DNA of 64,000 bases from NCBI GenBank assembly GCA_035529375.1, contig DATKWU010000009.1, positions 93,848-157,847 of the forward strand, written 5' to 3'. Below, one piece after another: positions 1 through 10,585 of this stretch; the stretch's first letter is position 1, and every line of letters begins with the position of its first letter. The position numbers and the translations under genes are program-made. The notes under the pieces were generated by a model. The model ran no database searches. It saw nothing but the letters and a program-made list of their open reading frames with translations, and was not told the origin of the DNA. The DNA is from Patescibacteria group bacterium. GTDB taxonomy: Bacteria; Patescibacteriota; Microgenomatia; PFEM01; JAHIFH01.

Positions 1-1044
1 GTGAATCGCCCAAGTATCACCATAACCTTGATTAAATTTAATTGGTGAATTAATCGGCCAAGTCCAGCTACCAGAAGGATTGAAAGGATCACCATCACCA
101 CTATTACATTCTGAACCAGAACAATTCTCATAACTAATACTATTATTTAGGTATTTAAAGGGATTATGAGTATTGCCATTTTCGGCGACCATAAAATGAA
201 GGTGCGCGCCCGAGGAATTACATGAACTACTGTCATCTTCACCCCATTTAAGAATGGTGGCGATTTTTTGCCCCTCAGAAACATGACCCGCTTCTATCTC
301 CTTACCTTGACCGGCAAGAATTCCCTGAATAGCAATTAACTCTGCTCTGGCGCTCGAAATCAACTGCTGATAAAGTTTTTCGTCATTTTGAGTGGCCGCC
401 AGGAGTCTTTGTCTGTCCGCTTTTTGTTGAGCTAAAATATTTTTCTGGGATTCAAGTTTTTCTTTAGCGGCTTCTAACTCTGCCTGTTTTTCTTCCTTAA
501 CTGTTTTTTGATCAGCGTAATTAGTCCTTACCGTCTCCATCTGAAGCATTAACTTCCGATCATGAAGTTGGATGACTCGAAGATATTTATAACGGCCAAC
601 AAAATCAGAAAAGTTCCTGGAAGAAAGAAGTAAAGCAAAGGAATCAATCTTGCCTTTTTTGTAAGTTTCGGCAATCCGTTTGACTAGGATTTGAGAAAGT
701 TGATCAAGAGAAACGTCTAAATAGCCAATCTTGGTGGAAAGAGCCCCAACTTCTTCTTCTATCTTCTCTATTTCAGCGACAGTGGTGTAAATTTGGGCGG
801 TGGCCAAAGCAATACTGGCATCAAATCTGCTTAGCTCGGTCTTAAGGGTCGTAATCGCTTCCGCTTTTTGACTTGAAAGCTTATTCCAAACATCAATACA
901 TTCTTCCAAATGTTTCCGCCCGGTTTCCAGATCTCGCTGACATTCTTCATCCGTAATCTTGGCGTTAACAACAGGAGTTGAAAGAAAAAGGGAAACAATT
1001 AAGGCAATTAAAAGAAAAAAATATTTTTTTGGGATAGACAACAT
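1..1044 (-). CDS. Secreted coiled-coil peptidoglycan hydrolase/activator with M23-like motif (EnvC/CwlO-like FtsEX partner); runs off the window start
   Basis: Not in the ORF track. Manual translation from ATG 1044 gives MLSIPKKIFFLLIALIVSLFLSTPVVNAK (signal peptide), a long coiled coil, then SSGAHLHF (M23 HxH motif). Directly downstream of ftsX. Confidence 0.8.
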   Translation of the reverse strand, partial: MLSIPKKYFFLLIALIVSLFLSTPVVNAKITDEECQRDLETGRKHLEECIDVWNKLSSQKAEAITTLKTELSRFDASIALATAQIYTTVAEIEKIEEEVGALSTKIGYLDVSLDQLSQILVKRIAETYKKGKIDSFALLLSSRNFSDFVGRYKYLRVIQLHDRKLMLQMETVRTNYADQKTVKEEKQAELEAAKEKLESQKNILAQQKADRQRLLAATQNDEKLYQQLISSARAELIAIQGILAGQGKEIEAGHVSEGQKIATILKWGEDDSSSCNSSGAHLHFMVAENGNTHNPFKYLNNSISYENCSGSECNSGDGDPFNPSGSWTWPINSPIKFNQGYGDTWAIH

Positions 1045-1045
1045 C

Positions 1046-1915
1046 TTACTTCAGATATCTTCTAACCGCAATGAAGCTACCTAAGGTTCCGATGATTGCA
1101 CCCAAAAGAAGTTCTCCTCCTAGAACCGCCAGCATAAAGAAGATGGGCACTGGCAAGATAGGAATACCTGCCAAGAAATCAATCAAAAATGGTGTGGCGT
1201 AAAGTAAGAGAAGATAGGCAACGCCCCAGGCAATCAGAGCACCGATAGTTCCATAGAAAATACCCTCAAGAAGAAAAGGAACGCCAATAAAACCCTTGGA
1301 AGCCCCAATCAACTCCATAATTTCCACTTCCTCCTTACGCAGGGCGACTTTCATCCCAATAATCACCAGAATGGTCAGTAAACCGGCTAAGCTAAAGGCA
1401 ATTGCCAAACCAAGACCAACGAGACGAATATTGGTTGTCCATTTATTAAGGGCTTCAACCACATCTTGCTGGAAAATGACTTCCTCCACCCCTGGCTCCT
1501 GGCGCAGAATTTCCGCGATTTCCCCCAGATAATTAATATTGATTGTTGAGACTTCTAAAGAAGCGGGCAGAATATTGGCGGTGACCATTTCCAAAAGTAA
1601 AGGGTCGTCTCTATTCTGTTCTCGATAAATGGCTAAGGCTTCTTCTTTAGAAATATATTTCATTTCCTTAACCTTGTCCGTTTCGGCTAGCTTGGCCTTG
1701 AGTAAATCAATTTCTCCAAGAGTGACTTGATCTTCAAAAAAAGCCGTGACTTGAGGCCGAGTCTCAAAAAAATTAAGAATTGCCTGGGAACCAGCCCCCA
1801 GTAGGGTAAAAACAGAAATAATGAAGAAAGTTAAAATCATAATCGACAAGGCCGCCAATGATTGATAAGGCGAACGGCGAATATGAGTCCAAGTGGTTCT
1901 AAAAATTTGTTTCAT
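1046..1915 (-). CDS. ftsX: Cell division permease-like protein FtsX
   Basis: N-terminal TM, ISKEEAL and LPAS motifs, RKEEVEIMELIGAS, C-terminal TMs; follows ftsE. Confidence 0.93.
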   Translation of the reverse strand: MKQIFRTTWTHIRRSPYQSLAALSIMILTFFIISVFTLLGAGSQAILNFFETRPQVTAFFEDQVTLGEIDLLKAKLAETDKVKEMKYISKEEALAIYREQNRDDPLLLEMVTANILPASLEVSTININYLGEIAEILRQEPGVEEVIFQQDVVEALNKWTTNIRLVGLGLAIAFSLAGLLTILVIIGMKVALRKEEVEIMELIGASKGFIGVPFLLEGIFYGTIGALIAWGVAYLLLLYATPFLIDFLAGIPILPVPIFFMLAVLGGELLLGAIIGTLGSFIAVRRYLK

Positions 1916-1923
1916 CTTTTTAC

Positions 1924-2604
1924 TTATTTTATCTTATATTTGCCTTGCTTTTTATCAGAAACTAATTTACCTTTATCTAATTCAATCACTCTTTCTTTCA
2001 TCGAATTAACAATTTCAAAATTATGAGTGGCCATAATCACGGTTTTACCGGTTTGATTAATTTTCTGCAAGAGCCTGACAATCTGCCAGGCCGTGGCGAC
2101 ATCGAGATTACCGGTCGGCTCATCGGCAACCACAATCTCTGGCTGGCCAACGACTGCTCGGGCTAAACCAACTCGCTGAAGTTCGCCGCCGGCTAATTGG
2201 GAAGGAAAAAGATTAGCCCTTTCTTTTAAGCCCACCAGTTTGAGAATTTTAGGAATTTCTTTTTCAATTTCTTTTTCATCCTTACCCAGGACCCTTAAGG
2301 CCAAAGCGACATTTTCCCAAACCGTTCTGTCAGTCAATAATTTAAAGTCCTGAAAAACCACCCCAATTCTTCTTCGCAATTGAGGGATATCATTTTTCTT
2401 CATTTCTATTAAGTTAAAACCGTCTACTTTAATCTTGCCTGAAGTAGGCAGATAGTCCCTTAACATTAAACGAATAATGGTTGTCTTGCCAGCGCCTGAT
2501 GGTCCGGTCACAAAAACAAACTCTCCGGGTTCAATCTCAAAAGAAACATCCTCCAGAGCCACAATTTCACCAAACTTCTTGGTAACTTTTTTAAACTTGA
2601 CCAT
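1924..2604 (-). CDS. ftsE: Cell division ATP-binding protein FtsE
   Basis: GPSGAGKTT, GVVFQDFKLL, LAGGELQRV, ADEPTGNLD, MATH. Confidence 0.93.
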   Translation of the reverse strand: MVKFKKVTKKFGEIVALEDVSFEIEPGEFVFVTGPSGAGKTTIIRLMLRDYLPTSGKIKVDGFNLIEMKKNDIPQLRRRIGVVFQDFKLLTDRTVWENVALALRVLGKDEKEIEKEIPKILKLVGLKERANLFPSQLAGGELQRVGLARAVVGQPEIVVADEPTGNLDVATAWQIVRLLQKINQTGKTVIMATHNFEIVNSMKERVIELDKGKLVSDKKQGKYKIK

Positions 2605-2606
2605 CT

Positions 2607-3134
2607 TTAAACACCATCAGGACAAGAACTAAGAACTTTAACCCGACCGACATCCATCAACCAACCTGCCTCTTGACCAGCAAACGTCTCTCCCCAAACC
2701 TGAACACATTTATCGACGAATTGATTCAAATCCAAAACTGAACTGGTTAGATAAGCCGTCTGACTTTCGCCACCCGGCCGGATTAAGATATGGGAACCAT
2801 CAAGCACTTTCTCGTTATCGTTAACCTTGATTCGTCCTTGGGCAGTGTCCCGAAAAACCTCTTCATCTTTAATGCCCACCTCATCTGGTCCTTGAATAGC
2901 CTTGCCCCCTCCTATTAACTCAGTTTCGGTGGTTGGCCCGGTTGATTTTCGGTTGGCAAGAACATAGCCACTACCTATCCCCGCTAAAATAATGACAACA
3001 ATGGCCACCGCCGGAATCAAGTTCTTTTTTAAATCAAATGATCTTACTGAAGTAGGCATTTTTTTTAACAAACCTCCTCTCTCTGGAGTAGCACTAGTAA
3101 TATTAATTTTTTGTAATGACTCTTCCATAATCAC
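2607..3134 (-). CDS. Hypothetical single-TM membrane protein
   Basis: 175-aa ORF with one TM, an upstream GGAGG SD and tight operon packing. Confidence 0.75.
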   Translation of the reverse strand: MIMEESLQKINITSATPERGGLLKKMPTSVRSFDLKKNLIPAVAIVVIILAGIGSGYVLANRKSTGPTTETELIGGGKAIQGPDEVGIKDEEVFRDTAQGRIKVNDNEKVLDGSHILIRPGGESQTAYLTSSVLDLNQFVDKCVQVWGETFAGQEAGWLMDVGRVKVLSSCPDGV

Positions 3135-3190
3135 CTCCTTCGCTGAATTAGGTATATCTCTTAATTGAGCTCCTAATCAAACAACATTCA

Positions 3191-4195
3191 CTATACCACA
3201 ATTTTAATAGCCGCCTCAACAAAACCATCCAGATTGCCATCAAGAACGGAATCAACATCACCGGTTTCGTAGTCGGTTCTCAAGTCTTTGACCATTTTGT
3301 AAGGGTGAAGGACATAGGAGCGAATCTGGGTTCCCCAGGCAGCCTTGGTCCGGCCACCCTTGAGTTTGTTTTCTTCCTCTCGGCGTTTTTTTTCTTCCTT
3401 TTCCCAAAGCTTGGCTCTTAAAATTTCCATGGCCATTTGCCGATTTTGTTCTTGATAACGCTGAGCTTGAGATTCGACCACAATCCCGGTAGGTTTATGC
3501 TTTAAGCGAACCGCGGTTGAAACCTTGTTGACATTCTGACCGCCATGACCTGAAGACCGGAAAGCTTCAAATTCAATTTCATCAGAATTAATCTCAACTT
3601 CTGTCTCTGGTAAAATTGGTAAAACTTCAACCAAGGCAAAAGAAGTCTGACGAAGATTGTCAGCATTAAAAGGAGACCGACGAACTAGTCGGTGAGTTCC
3701 GGCCTCATGTTTAAGATAACCATAAACCAAACTGTCTTTAACTCTCACTGTTACCCGCTTGACACCGGCCTCTTCACCTAAAACCTCATCCAGAATTTCG
3801 TACTGCCAACCTTTTTTTTCAAAATATTTTAAATACATCCGCTTCATCATTTCCGCCCAATCCATGGCTTCAGTTCCCCCTTGGCCAGCGTGAATCGAAA
3901 AAACAACATTAGAGCTATCATATTTACCAGCCAAAAAAGTTTTAGTTTCTAATTGATCAAGTCTCTTTTCAGCCTCTTTTTCCTTACCCTCTTTTAAAAG
4001 CTTGTCCAAGGCTTCTATCCCTTCAATTTCTTTTTGCAAATCAGTCATTCTCTTCATCTTGGCTGAAGCTTTTTCCTGATCCTGCCAAAAATTAGGTTGG
4101 GCTGATTCTTTTTCAATCACCTCAATCTCTTTCTGAAGCTGATCAGGATTAAGTTTTTGTTTTAATGTTTCAAGACGTTGTTTTAAATCTGCCAT
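3191..4195 (-). CDS. prfB: Peptide chain release factor 2 (continuous ORF, no programmed frameshift)
   Basis: SPF motif (LVRRSPFN), GGQNVNK, WGTQIRSYVLHPY. Start placed at ATG 4195 behind a GAGGAGGA SD. Confidence 0.95.
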   Translation of the reverse strand: MADLKQRLETLKQKLNPDQLQKEIEVIEKESAQPNFWQDQEKASAKMKRMTDLQKEIEGIEALDKLLKEGKEKEAEKRLDQLETKTFLAGKYDSSNVVFSIHAGQGGTEAMDWAEMMKRMYLKYFEKKGWQYEILDEVLGEEAGVKRVTVRVKDSLVYGYLKHEAGTHRLVRRSPFNADNLRQTSFALVEVLPILPETEVEINSDEIEFEAFRSSGHGGQNVNKVSTAVRLKHKPTGIVVESQAQRYQEQNRQMAMEILRAKLWEKEEKKRREEENKLKGGRTKAAWGTQIRSYVLHPYKMVKDLRTDYETGDVDSVLDGNLDGFVEAAIKIVV

Positions 4196-4196
4196 T

Positions 4197-4589
4197 TTAT
4201 TCCTCCTCACCTAAAACGCCTTCACAAAATTCTTTGCGAATTTGTTTTTTGGTAGCTTCTAACTGGTCTTCAGGTAATTTTTTAATCGCCTTAATCAAAT
4301 TGTCTGTTTGTTCTTGGATATTAGTCATTGGTTCTTTAATTGGTTCAATATCCTCTCCCTCTTGAATTTCTATTTCCAATTGAGGTGCGCCTGGAAGAAT
4401 CTTAATGGCTTGACCTAAAATCTTACCACCTAAATCTTCCAGTTTTCTCTGTAAGGATAGATTAGGTAAGCTAATAGAAGCGCCAGCCACATTTGCCTGA
4501 TTCTGCCAATCAGCCAAAGACTTAGCTAAAGCCACAACCACCAAAGCCAAAAAAACAATAATAAAAACCCTAATTAATCTTTCTCTCAT
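4197..4589 (-). CDS. Hypothetical protein with N-terminal TM/signal
   Basis: 130-aa ORF packed into the operon. Confidence 0.7.
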   Translation of the reverse strand: MRERLIRVFIIVFLALVVVALAKSLADWQNQANVAGASISLPNLSLQRKLEDLGGKILGQAIKILPGAPQLEIEIQEGEDIEPIKEPMTNIQEQTDNLIKAIKKLPEDQLEATKKQIRKEFCEGVLGEEE

Positions 4590-4594
4590 TTTGA

Positions 4595-5407
4595 TTACTT
4601 ACCTATTAATTGTTGAGAATATTTACCCAAAATTAACTTTTTTCTCTTTAATAATTCTTTTTTCTTATTTATATCACCCCAAGTATATAAACCAATTTGA
4701 GGCCAAGCTTGCCTTCTTCCTCTCCCTTTTTCCCATTTTCGCTCGCCATGAACTGGTTCTCGCTCAATTATTCTTAGCAAATGCTTATCAGCATCTTGCC
4801 AAATAAGATTGCCATCATGATTATGAATCTTTCCAAACCAACTAAAGTAGTTATACATAAAGGCTACTTCGACTAAAGGAATACCCCATTTAAGATAAAA
4901 GTAATCCTTAAATTTATCAACAAACTTTTCGTAATCCAAAGGAAAAACTTTTGCCTTCTGATTCCACTCCAAATCAACAATAAAAAAATCTGTTGCTAAA
5001 GTATGGGGTTTTTCTGGAAATTTAGCAAACCAAGCACAAGTAGCAATATACTTCTCTTCTTTATTCATTCTTTTTATCAAATTCTCTAAAAATTTAAGGT
5101 TAATCATCCAAGTATCAGCGGCAGTGACTAAGCAGTATTTAATCCCTAGTTTCTGACTTTTTTGAGAAATTGCCTTGATACCGGCATCAATCATATTAGC
5201 GGCGCCTAGAAAATGGCCCGGGTTGTCCATTTGGATCAATTCATCTTCAAGATATTTTTTGTAGTTATATTTTGGTCCACCATTGTAGCAATGCACCAAA
5301 TAGGTGCTACCCAAAACCTTGCTTTTGGAATAAAGATTTTTGGAAATTTCTTGATTAATATAGGCGTCCGTTATTTTATTGTGAGTATAAATTAAATGGC
5401 CAATCAT
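4595..5407 (-). CDS. Hypothetical protein, possibly GT-A-like fold
   Basis: 270-aa AT-rich ORF. YCLVTAADTW resembles a beta-strand plus DxD-like site (weak). Confidence 0.6.
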   Translation of the reverse strand: MIGHLIYTHNKITDAYINQEISKNLYSKSKVLGSTYLVHCYNGGPKYNYKKYLEDELIQMDNPGHFLGAANMIDAGIKAISQKSQKLGIKYCLVTAADTWMINLKFLENLIKRMNKEEKYIATCAWFAKFPEKPHTLATDFFIVDLEWNQKAKVFPLDYEKFVDKFKDYFYLKWGIPLVEVAFMYNYFSWFGKIHNHDGNLIWQDADKHLLRIIEREPVHGERKWEKGRGRRQAWPQIGLYTWGDINKKKELLKRKKLILGKYSQQLIGK

Positions 5408-5426
5408 AATTTATTTTTATTATAGT

Positions 5427-8093
5427 TTATTCGTATTTCGGATAGCAGCATTTTTTATATTTTTTGTTCGAACCGCAAGGACAGGGGTCATTCCGACCAA
5501 CTTTCTTTTTCCGGGGAATCGCTTGTTTTGCCTGTTGAGGTTGGGCCGTTAAACCCATATTGTCTTTGGTATCAATATTAGTTTGGATTGGTTGTCTTTG
5601 GGGTTGAGGCTGGCCAATCTGAACTCTAAAGATTTGTCTAATCAGATCGTGATCAATTGAATCTAGTAATCTTTCAAAAGAAGTAAAAGCTTCCTTTTTG
5701 TATTCCACCAAAGGATCCTTTTGGCCATAACCTCTTAAACCAACGCCCTCCCTTAAATCATCCATGGCATCTAGATGATCAACCCAAAGGCGATCAATCG
5801 TTCGCAGATAAACAAACCTCTCAAGCTGGCGCATCATTTCTGAACCAATTTGCTTTTCTCTGGATTCATAAGCATCTTTTGCTAATTTTTTGAGGAGGTC
5901 TTTGATTTTTTCTGGGTCTTTAAGATCCTTTAATTGAACTTTTAATTTTCCTTGAGAATTGGTATCAAAAGGCAAAATCTCACAAAAACCGGTAACTATT
6001 TGTTCGTATTCAATCTCGACAATGCCTTCAGGAGTATAGAGAGCCACTAAGTTATCCAAATTGCTAATCATTTTCTCCTGAATCTCTTTTTTCAATTCTC
6101 CATTACTCTTATCAGCGGCCTTCAGAATCTCTTGTCTTTTCTTGTAAATAATCTCTCTTTGGCGGTTCATGACGTCATCGTATTCAACCACTCTCTTTCG
6201 CATATCAAAGTTAAAACCCTCAACTTTTGTTTGAGCCTGTTCAATTGCCTTAGAAACCATAGAGTGCTCAATCGGTTGGTCTTCAGGCAGTTTGAGGGTG
6301 GTCATCAAACCGGCAATTCTTTCACCACCAAAAAGCCTCATAATGTCATCCTCTAAAGAAACAAAGAATCTTGAAGAACCAGGATCACCCTGACGGCCGG
6401 AACGACCTCGTAATTGATTGTCGATTCTTCTTGACTCATGGCGTTCAGTCCCAATGACATGAAGACCGCCTGATTTAATCACTTGATCATGGGCTTGCTG
6501 CCATTCTTCCATAGCCTTCTTGGTTTGTTTTTCGGGTTTCGAACCGCCCAAAACAATATCCACTCCTCGACCGGCCATATTAGTCGCCACCGTGATTGCT
6601 TTTGGTCGACCAGCTTCGGTAATAATCTTGGCTTCTCTTTCGTGCTGCTTAGCATTTAAAACATTATGAGTAATACCCTTTTTGTCCAGAAACTTGGAAA
6701 CAATTTCGTTTTTTTCAATTGAGGTGGTCCCGACTAAAACGGGTTGACCTTTTTGATAACATTCCTCAATTTCTCGAACCACGGCCGCATATTTTGCCCG
6801 AACCGTTTTGTAAACAAGATCAGGATTATCTTCTCGAATCATGGGTTTGTTAGTCGGAATAACGATTGTGTCCAGGTTGTAGATTTTGATGAACTCTTCA
6901 GCTTCAGTGGCCGCCGTACCGGTCATACCCGCTAATTTTTGGTACATCCGGAAATAATTTTGGAAAGAAATGGTCGCCATCGTCACCGATTCTTGTTGAA
7001 TTTTGACATTCTCTTTGGCTTCAACCGCTTGATGCAAACCCTCTGACCAGCGGCGACCGTGCATTAATCGTCCCGTAAATTCATCAACAATAATCACCTG
7101 ATCATCCTTAACCACGTAATCACGGTCACGGAGATAATGGACTCTGGATTTAAGGGCGTTCTCAATATGATGAATCGTATCAAAGTCTTTTTCGTAAAGA
7201 TTATCAATCCCCAACCGGTTCTCAATTTTCTTAATCCCGTGTTCGGTTAAATTAGCGGTTTTAGTTTTCTCATCAGTCAAGTAATCAGTGTCTGGTGATA
7301 AACCATTAATTAACTCCGCGAATTGATAATATTTCTGGGTTGGTTCGGTGTCTGGAGCCGAAATAATCAAAGGCGTCCGAGCTTCATCAACTAAGATTGA
7401 ATCAACTTCATCAACAATGGCAAAATGATGACCGCGTTGAACCTGGTCTTCGACTCGAAGAGCCATATTATTTCGAAGATAATCAAAACCAAATTCATTA
7501 TTAGTTCCATAAGTAATATCCGCCTGATAAGCCTCTCGACGACTGATCGGCTTTAAATGTCTTAATCTTTCTTCTTGTTGTTGTTTTTCGGTGTATTGAG
7601 GATCTAAAAGAAAGGCTTGGTCATGAATAATACAACCCAAAGAAAGACCGGCGAATTGAAGAGCCTGACCGTACCAACCCGTGTCTCGACGGGCTAAGTA
7701 GTCATTAACGGTGACAATGTGAACCCCTCTCTCGGTTAGACCGTTAAGATAAGCCGCAATTGTAGATGATAAGGTTTTACCTTCTCCGGTTCGCTGTTCC
7801 GCAATCCGACCCTGATGAAGAGTAATGGCGGCCATTAACTGAACATCAAAAGCCCGCTCACCAACAGTTCGTCTAATCGCTTCCCGAGCCAAAGCAAAAG
7901 CCTCGGGGAGTAAATCATCAGCGGTTTCACCATCAGCCAATCTTTTCTTAAAAGCCGCGGTCATGCCTGAAAATTCATCATCCTTGAGCTTTTTCATTTT
8001 TGGCTCAAGCTCATTAATCTTCCCGACCATCGGTGTTAGTTTCCTAAGCTGCTTCTCGTTAGAATCAAGGAGGTGGTCAAAAAATTTAATCAT
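5427..8093 (-). CDS. secA: Protein translocase ATPase SecA
   Basis: TGEGKTL, DEVDSILVDEARTPLIIS, TNMAGRG, C-terminal SEC-C motif GRNDPCPCGS. Confidence 0.98.
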   Translation of the reverse strand: MIKFFDHLLDSNEKQLRKLTPMVGKINELEPKMKKLKDDEFSGMTAAFKKRLADGETADDLLPEAFALAREAIRRTVGERAFDVQLMAAITLHQGRIAEQRTGEGKTLSSTIAAYLNGLTERGVHIVTVNDYLARRDTGWYGQALQFAGLSLGCIIHDQAFLLDPQYTEKQQQEERLRHLKPISRREAYQADITYGTNNEFGFDYLRNNMALRVEDQVQRGHHFAIVDEVDSILVDEARTPLIISAPDTEPTQKYYQFAELINGLSPDTDYLTDEKTKTANLTEHGIKKIENRLGIDNLYEKDFDTIHHIENALKSRVHYLRDRDYVVKDDQVIIVDEFTGRLMHGRRWSEGLHQAVEAKENVKIQQESVTMATISFQNYFRMYQKLAGMTGTAATEAEEFIKIYNLDTIVIPTNKPMIREDNPDLVYKTVRAKYAAVVREIEECYQKGQPVLVGTTSIEKNEIVSKFLDKKGITHNVLNAKQHEREAKIITEAGRPKAITVATNMAGRGVDIVLGGSKPEKQTKKAMEEWQQAHDQVIKSGGLHVIGTERHESRRIDNQLRGRSGRQGDPGSSRFFVSLEDDIMRLFGGERIAGLMTTLKLPEDQPIEHSMVSKAIEQAQTKVEGFNFDMRKRVVEYDDVMNRQREIIYKKRQEILKAADKSNGELKKEIQEKMISNLDNLVALYTPEGIVEIEYEQIVTGFCEILPFDTNSQGKLKVQLKDLKDPEKIKDLLKKLAKDAYESREKQIGSEMMRQLERFVYLRTIDRLWVDHLDAMDDLREGVGLRGYGQKDPLVEYKKEAFTSFERLLDSIDHDLIRQIFRVQIGQPQPQRQPIQTNIDTKDNMGLTAQPQQAKQAIPRKKKVGRNDPCPCGSNKKYKKCCYPKYE

Positions 8094-8125
8094 TTTTACT
8101 TTGATTATTATAACTCAAATGAAGC

Positions 8126-8755
8126 TCAGCTTCTAGCGATGAAGAAGAGATTAGTCGGGGTTTTGATGGTTTCAACTTGAGAAAAATGTCGATCTAATTT
8201 TTCCTCAAACCCAGTTAAATCCTCACCTGGCAAACGAAGTCGATTAAAAACAACCAAGGCTTTTTTAGAAAGAATTTTTTTAAGACTCTCTAAAAACTTA
8301 TCAGTCTCCGCTTGTTGGGAAAACTTAGAACCTAAATAAAAATCAACTAAAACCAAATCAAACTTTTTACCTTGGTACTTAGCTAACCATTGAAAAGCAT
8401 CTTTGTTAATGATTTCTAAATTTTCAACCCTATCTAAGCCAAAAAACTGCTTACCAATCTTAATAATCTCTGGATCAATTTCAATCCCTAGAATTTTTGC
8501 TTCTGGCCAAGGTGATTTAATTAATTGAACTACGGTGCCTCCGCCTAAACCTAGAATTAAACAGTTTTCGACGTTTAATTCTTTCTCTAATTTTTTAAAT
8601 GGCTTTTTCCAAATTCCTTTAATTATTCCCCCTGACTGAATCAGACCCTGAACATGAAGGGTATAGCGCCCAAAATGTTCTTTGACAATAATCTCACCGC
8701 TTATCTTTGATTTTGTTTTAAAAATTGTTCGCGGAATAAAGGAAAAAGACATCAT
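8126..8755 (-). CDS. Spermidine-synthase-like class I SAM-dependent methyltransferase
   Basis: LILGLGGG, EIDPEII, DAF, FDLVLVD. Confidence 0.8.
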   Translation of the reverse strand: MMSFSFIPRTIFKTKSKISGEIIVKEHFGRYTLHVQGLIQSGGIIKGIWKKPFKKLEKELNVENCLILGLGGGTVVQLIKSPWPEAKILGIEIDPEIIKIGKQFFGLDRVENLEIINKDAFQWLAKYQGKKFDLVLVDFYLGSKFSQQAETDKFLESLKKILSKKALVVFNRLRLPGEDLTGFEEKLDRHFSQVETIKTPTNLFFIARS

Positions 8756-10585
8756 TTACCGATAACCCTTTGCTTGAAGTTCAAAGAGTTGGGCATATCT
8801 CCCACCTAATTTTATTAACTCATCGTGATTCCCGCTTTCTATTATCTTTCCATTATCTATCACGTAGATCTTATCCGCTCTTCTGACAGTTGAGAATCGA
8901 TGAGAAATGAGAAAAAGAATTTTCTCTTTCGAGTAATTAATAATCTCTTCAAAAATCTCTTCTTCTGCCTTTGGATCGACATGAGAAGTTGGCTCATCCA
9001 AAATAACTACTCGGGCATCTTTCAAAAAGATTCTGGCTAAACCAATCCGTTGCCATTGCCCCATAGATGGTCGGATTCCTTTTTCAAACTGAGGATCTAG
9101 AGGATTTTGATATTTCAATCTCAAAGATTCAATGTAGTCATCAATTTTTGCTCTTTTGGCTGCCTTTTTAATCAAATTACTTTTATTAATCTTAGTAATA
9201 TCGCCATAACCAATACTCTCTTTGGCTGAAAAAGGATAAACTTCAAAATCCTGAAAAAGAACTGACAAATTTTTCCAAAAATCTTCAACCGAATACTTTT
9301 CAAGTTCAACTCCATTTAAAAGTATTTTTCCTTTCTGAGGATCATAAAAGCGGCAAATAAGTTTAACTATCGTCGACTTGCCTGCCCCATTTTCTCCAAC
9401 AATCGCCACGTTTTCTTGAGGATTAATTCCCAAATTAACATTTTTTAAAACCCAAGGGCTATTATTGCTGTAGCGAAACCAAACATTCCTAAATTCAATC
9501 CCCTGGCTAATTTCTCGAGGAAATTTTTTTCCTTTCCTGTCCAACGCCAATTTTGGCTTAAGAGAGAGTAGCCAAACAAGATCAGTAACGTACAAATAAT
9601 TTTCATAAAGTTCAAAAAAGTTCTTTACCAACCCAGTAAGATTTTGTCGAAAAGTATTAATTGCCCGAAGAATCATTTCGGCTGAACCCACAGTTAACTT
9701 CTTGGCAAAAACAAAAAAGGCGACGTAGATACTAAAAATCAAAAGAAATATATTTTGAGGAATTGAGGCAGTAATCTTCCAAAAGGTCTTTCTTTTCTCA
9801 AGATTAAGTCTGCCAGAAAAAATTTGATTATAAATTTTCATCATTCTTTTAGAAAAAGGCCTGGCTAATTTTAGAAGTTTAATTTCAAGAATATTTCTTG
9901 GTACTAAAAGATAATGTTCAAGCCAGGAACTAATACGATAGAGTGGCATTATCTTATTTCTAAATCGATAATCCTCTTTAACAAACTTGGCATCAATCCA
10001 AAAAACAGGCACTGAAAGAAAAAGAATGATTAAAGTTACCAATGGATTAAAAGAAAAAATAATTACGATAGTTGAAAGAAGTCCCGCTAAAACCATCGGT
10101 GTACTCGCAATTGGCCAAATCATTCCCCAGGCCCGTGTCGAGCTTTCTCGTCTAATCTTCGAGATTTTGTCTTGAAATTCGGGATCATCAATTAAAGAAA
10201 CATCAAGCTCAACGTGTTTTTTGGCAATCAGAGAAAGTAAATAAACTGATAAAATTTCCGACATCATTCTTCGGAGGAACTCTCCTGTTCTGTAGAAAAT
10301 ATCCTGGCCAATTCCTACAATAAATCTCAAAAACAAAATTAGAATTACTATTTTGCCTGATGTTCCCCAAAAATCGGTACCAATACTATTGATTAGGCCA
10401 TCAATGAAAGCCTTTTCTAATCTCAAAGTTGGATAAGTCAAAATACCAACAACAGTATTGGTAAGAAGGGTTAATAACAGAAGTCTAGGACTGATTTGCC
10501 AAGATAATTTTATAACCTGAGAAAAAACAAAAAAAACTTGACCAAGACGACTCTCTTGAAGTTTAGGTAAAGAAACTCTTCTCAT
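8756..10585 (-). CDS. ABC exporter, fused permease/ATPase
   Basis: TM domain plus GENGAGKST, SMGQWQR, ILDEPT, ISHRFSTV. Confidence 0.92.
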   Translation of the reverse strand: MRRVSLPKLQESRLGQVFFVFSQVIKLSWQISPRLLLLTLLTNTVVGILTYPTLRLEKAFIDGLINSIGTDFWGTSGKIVILILFLRFIVGIGQDIFYRTGEFLRRMMSEILSVYLLSLIAKKHVELDVSLIDDPEFQDKISKIRRESSTRAWGMIWPIASTPMVLAGLLSTIVIIFSFNPLVTLIILFLSVPVFWIDAKFVKEDYRFRNKIMPLYRISSWLEHYLLVPRNILEIKLLKLARPFSKRMMKIYNQIFSGRLNLEKRKTFWKITASIPQNIFLLIFSIYVAFFVFAKKLTVGSAEMILRAINTFRQNLTGLVKNFFELYENYLYVTDLVWLLSLKPKLALDRKGKKFPREISQGIEFRNVWFRYSNNSPWVLKNVNLGINPQENVAIVGENGAGKSTIVKLICRFYDPQKGKILLNGVELEKYSVEDFWKNLSVLFQDFEVYPFSAKESIGYGDITKINKSNLIKKAAKRAKIDDYIESLRLKYQNPLDPQFEKGIRPSMGQWQRIGLARIFLKDARVVILDEPTSHVDPKAEEEIFEEIINYSKEKILFLISHRFSTVRRADKIYVIDNGKIIESGNHDELIKLGGRYAQLFELQAKGYR

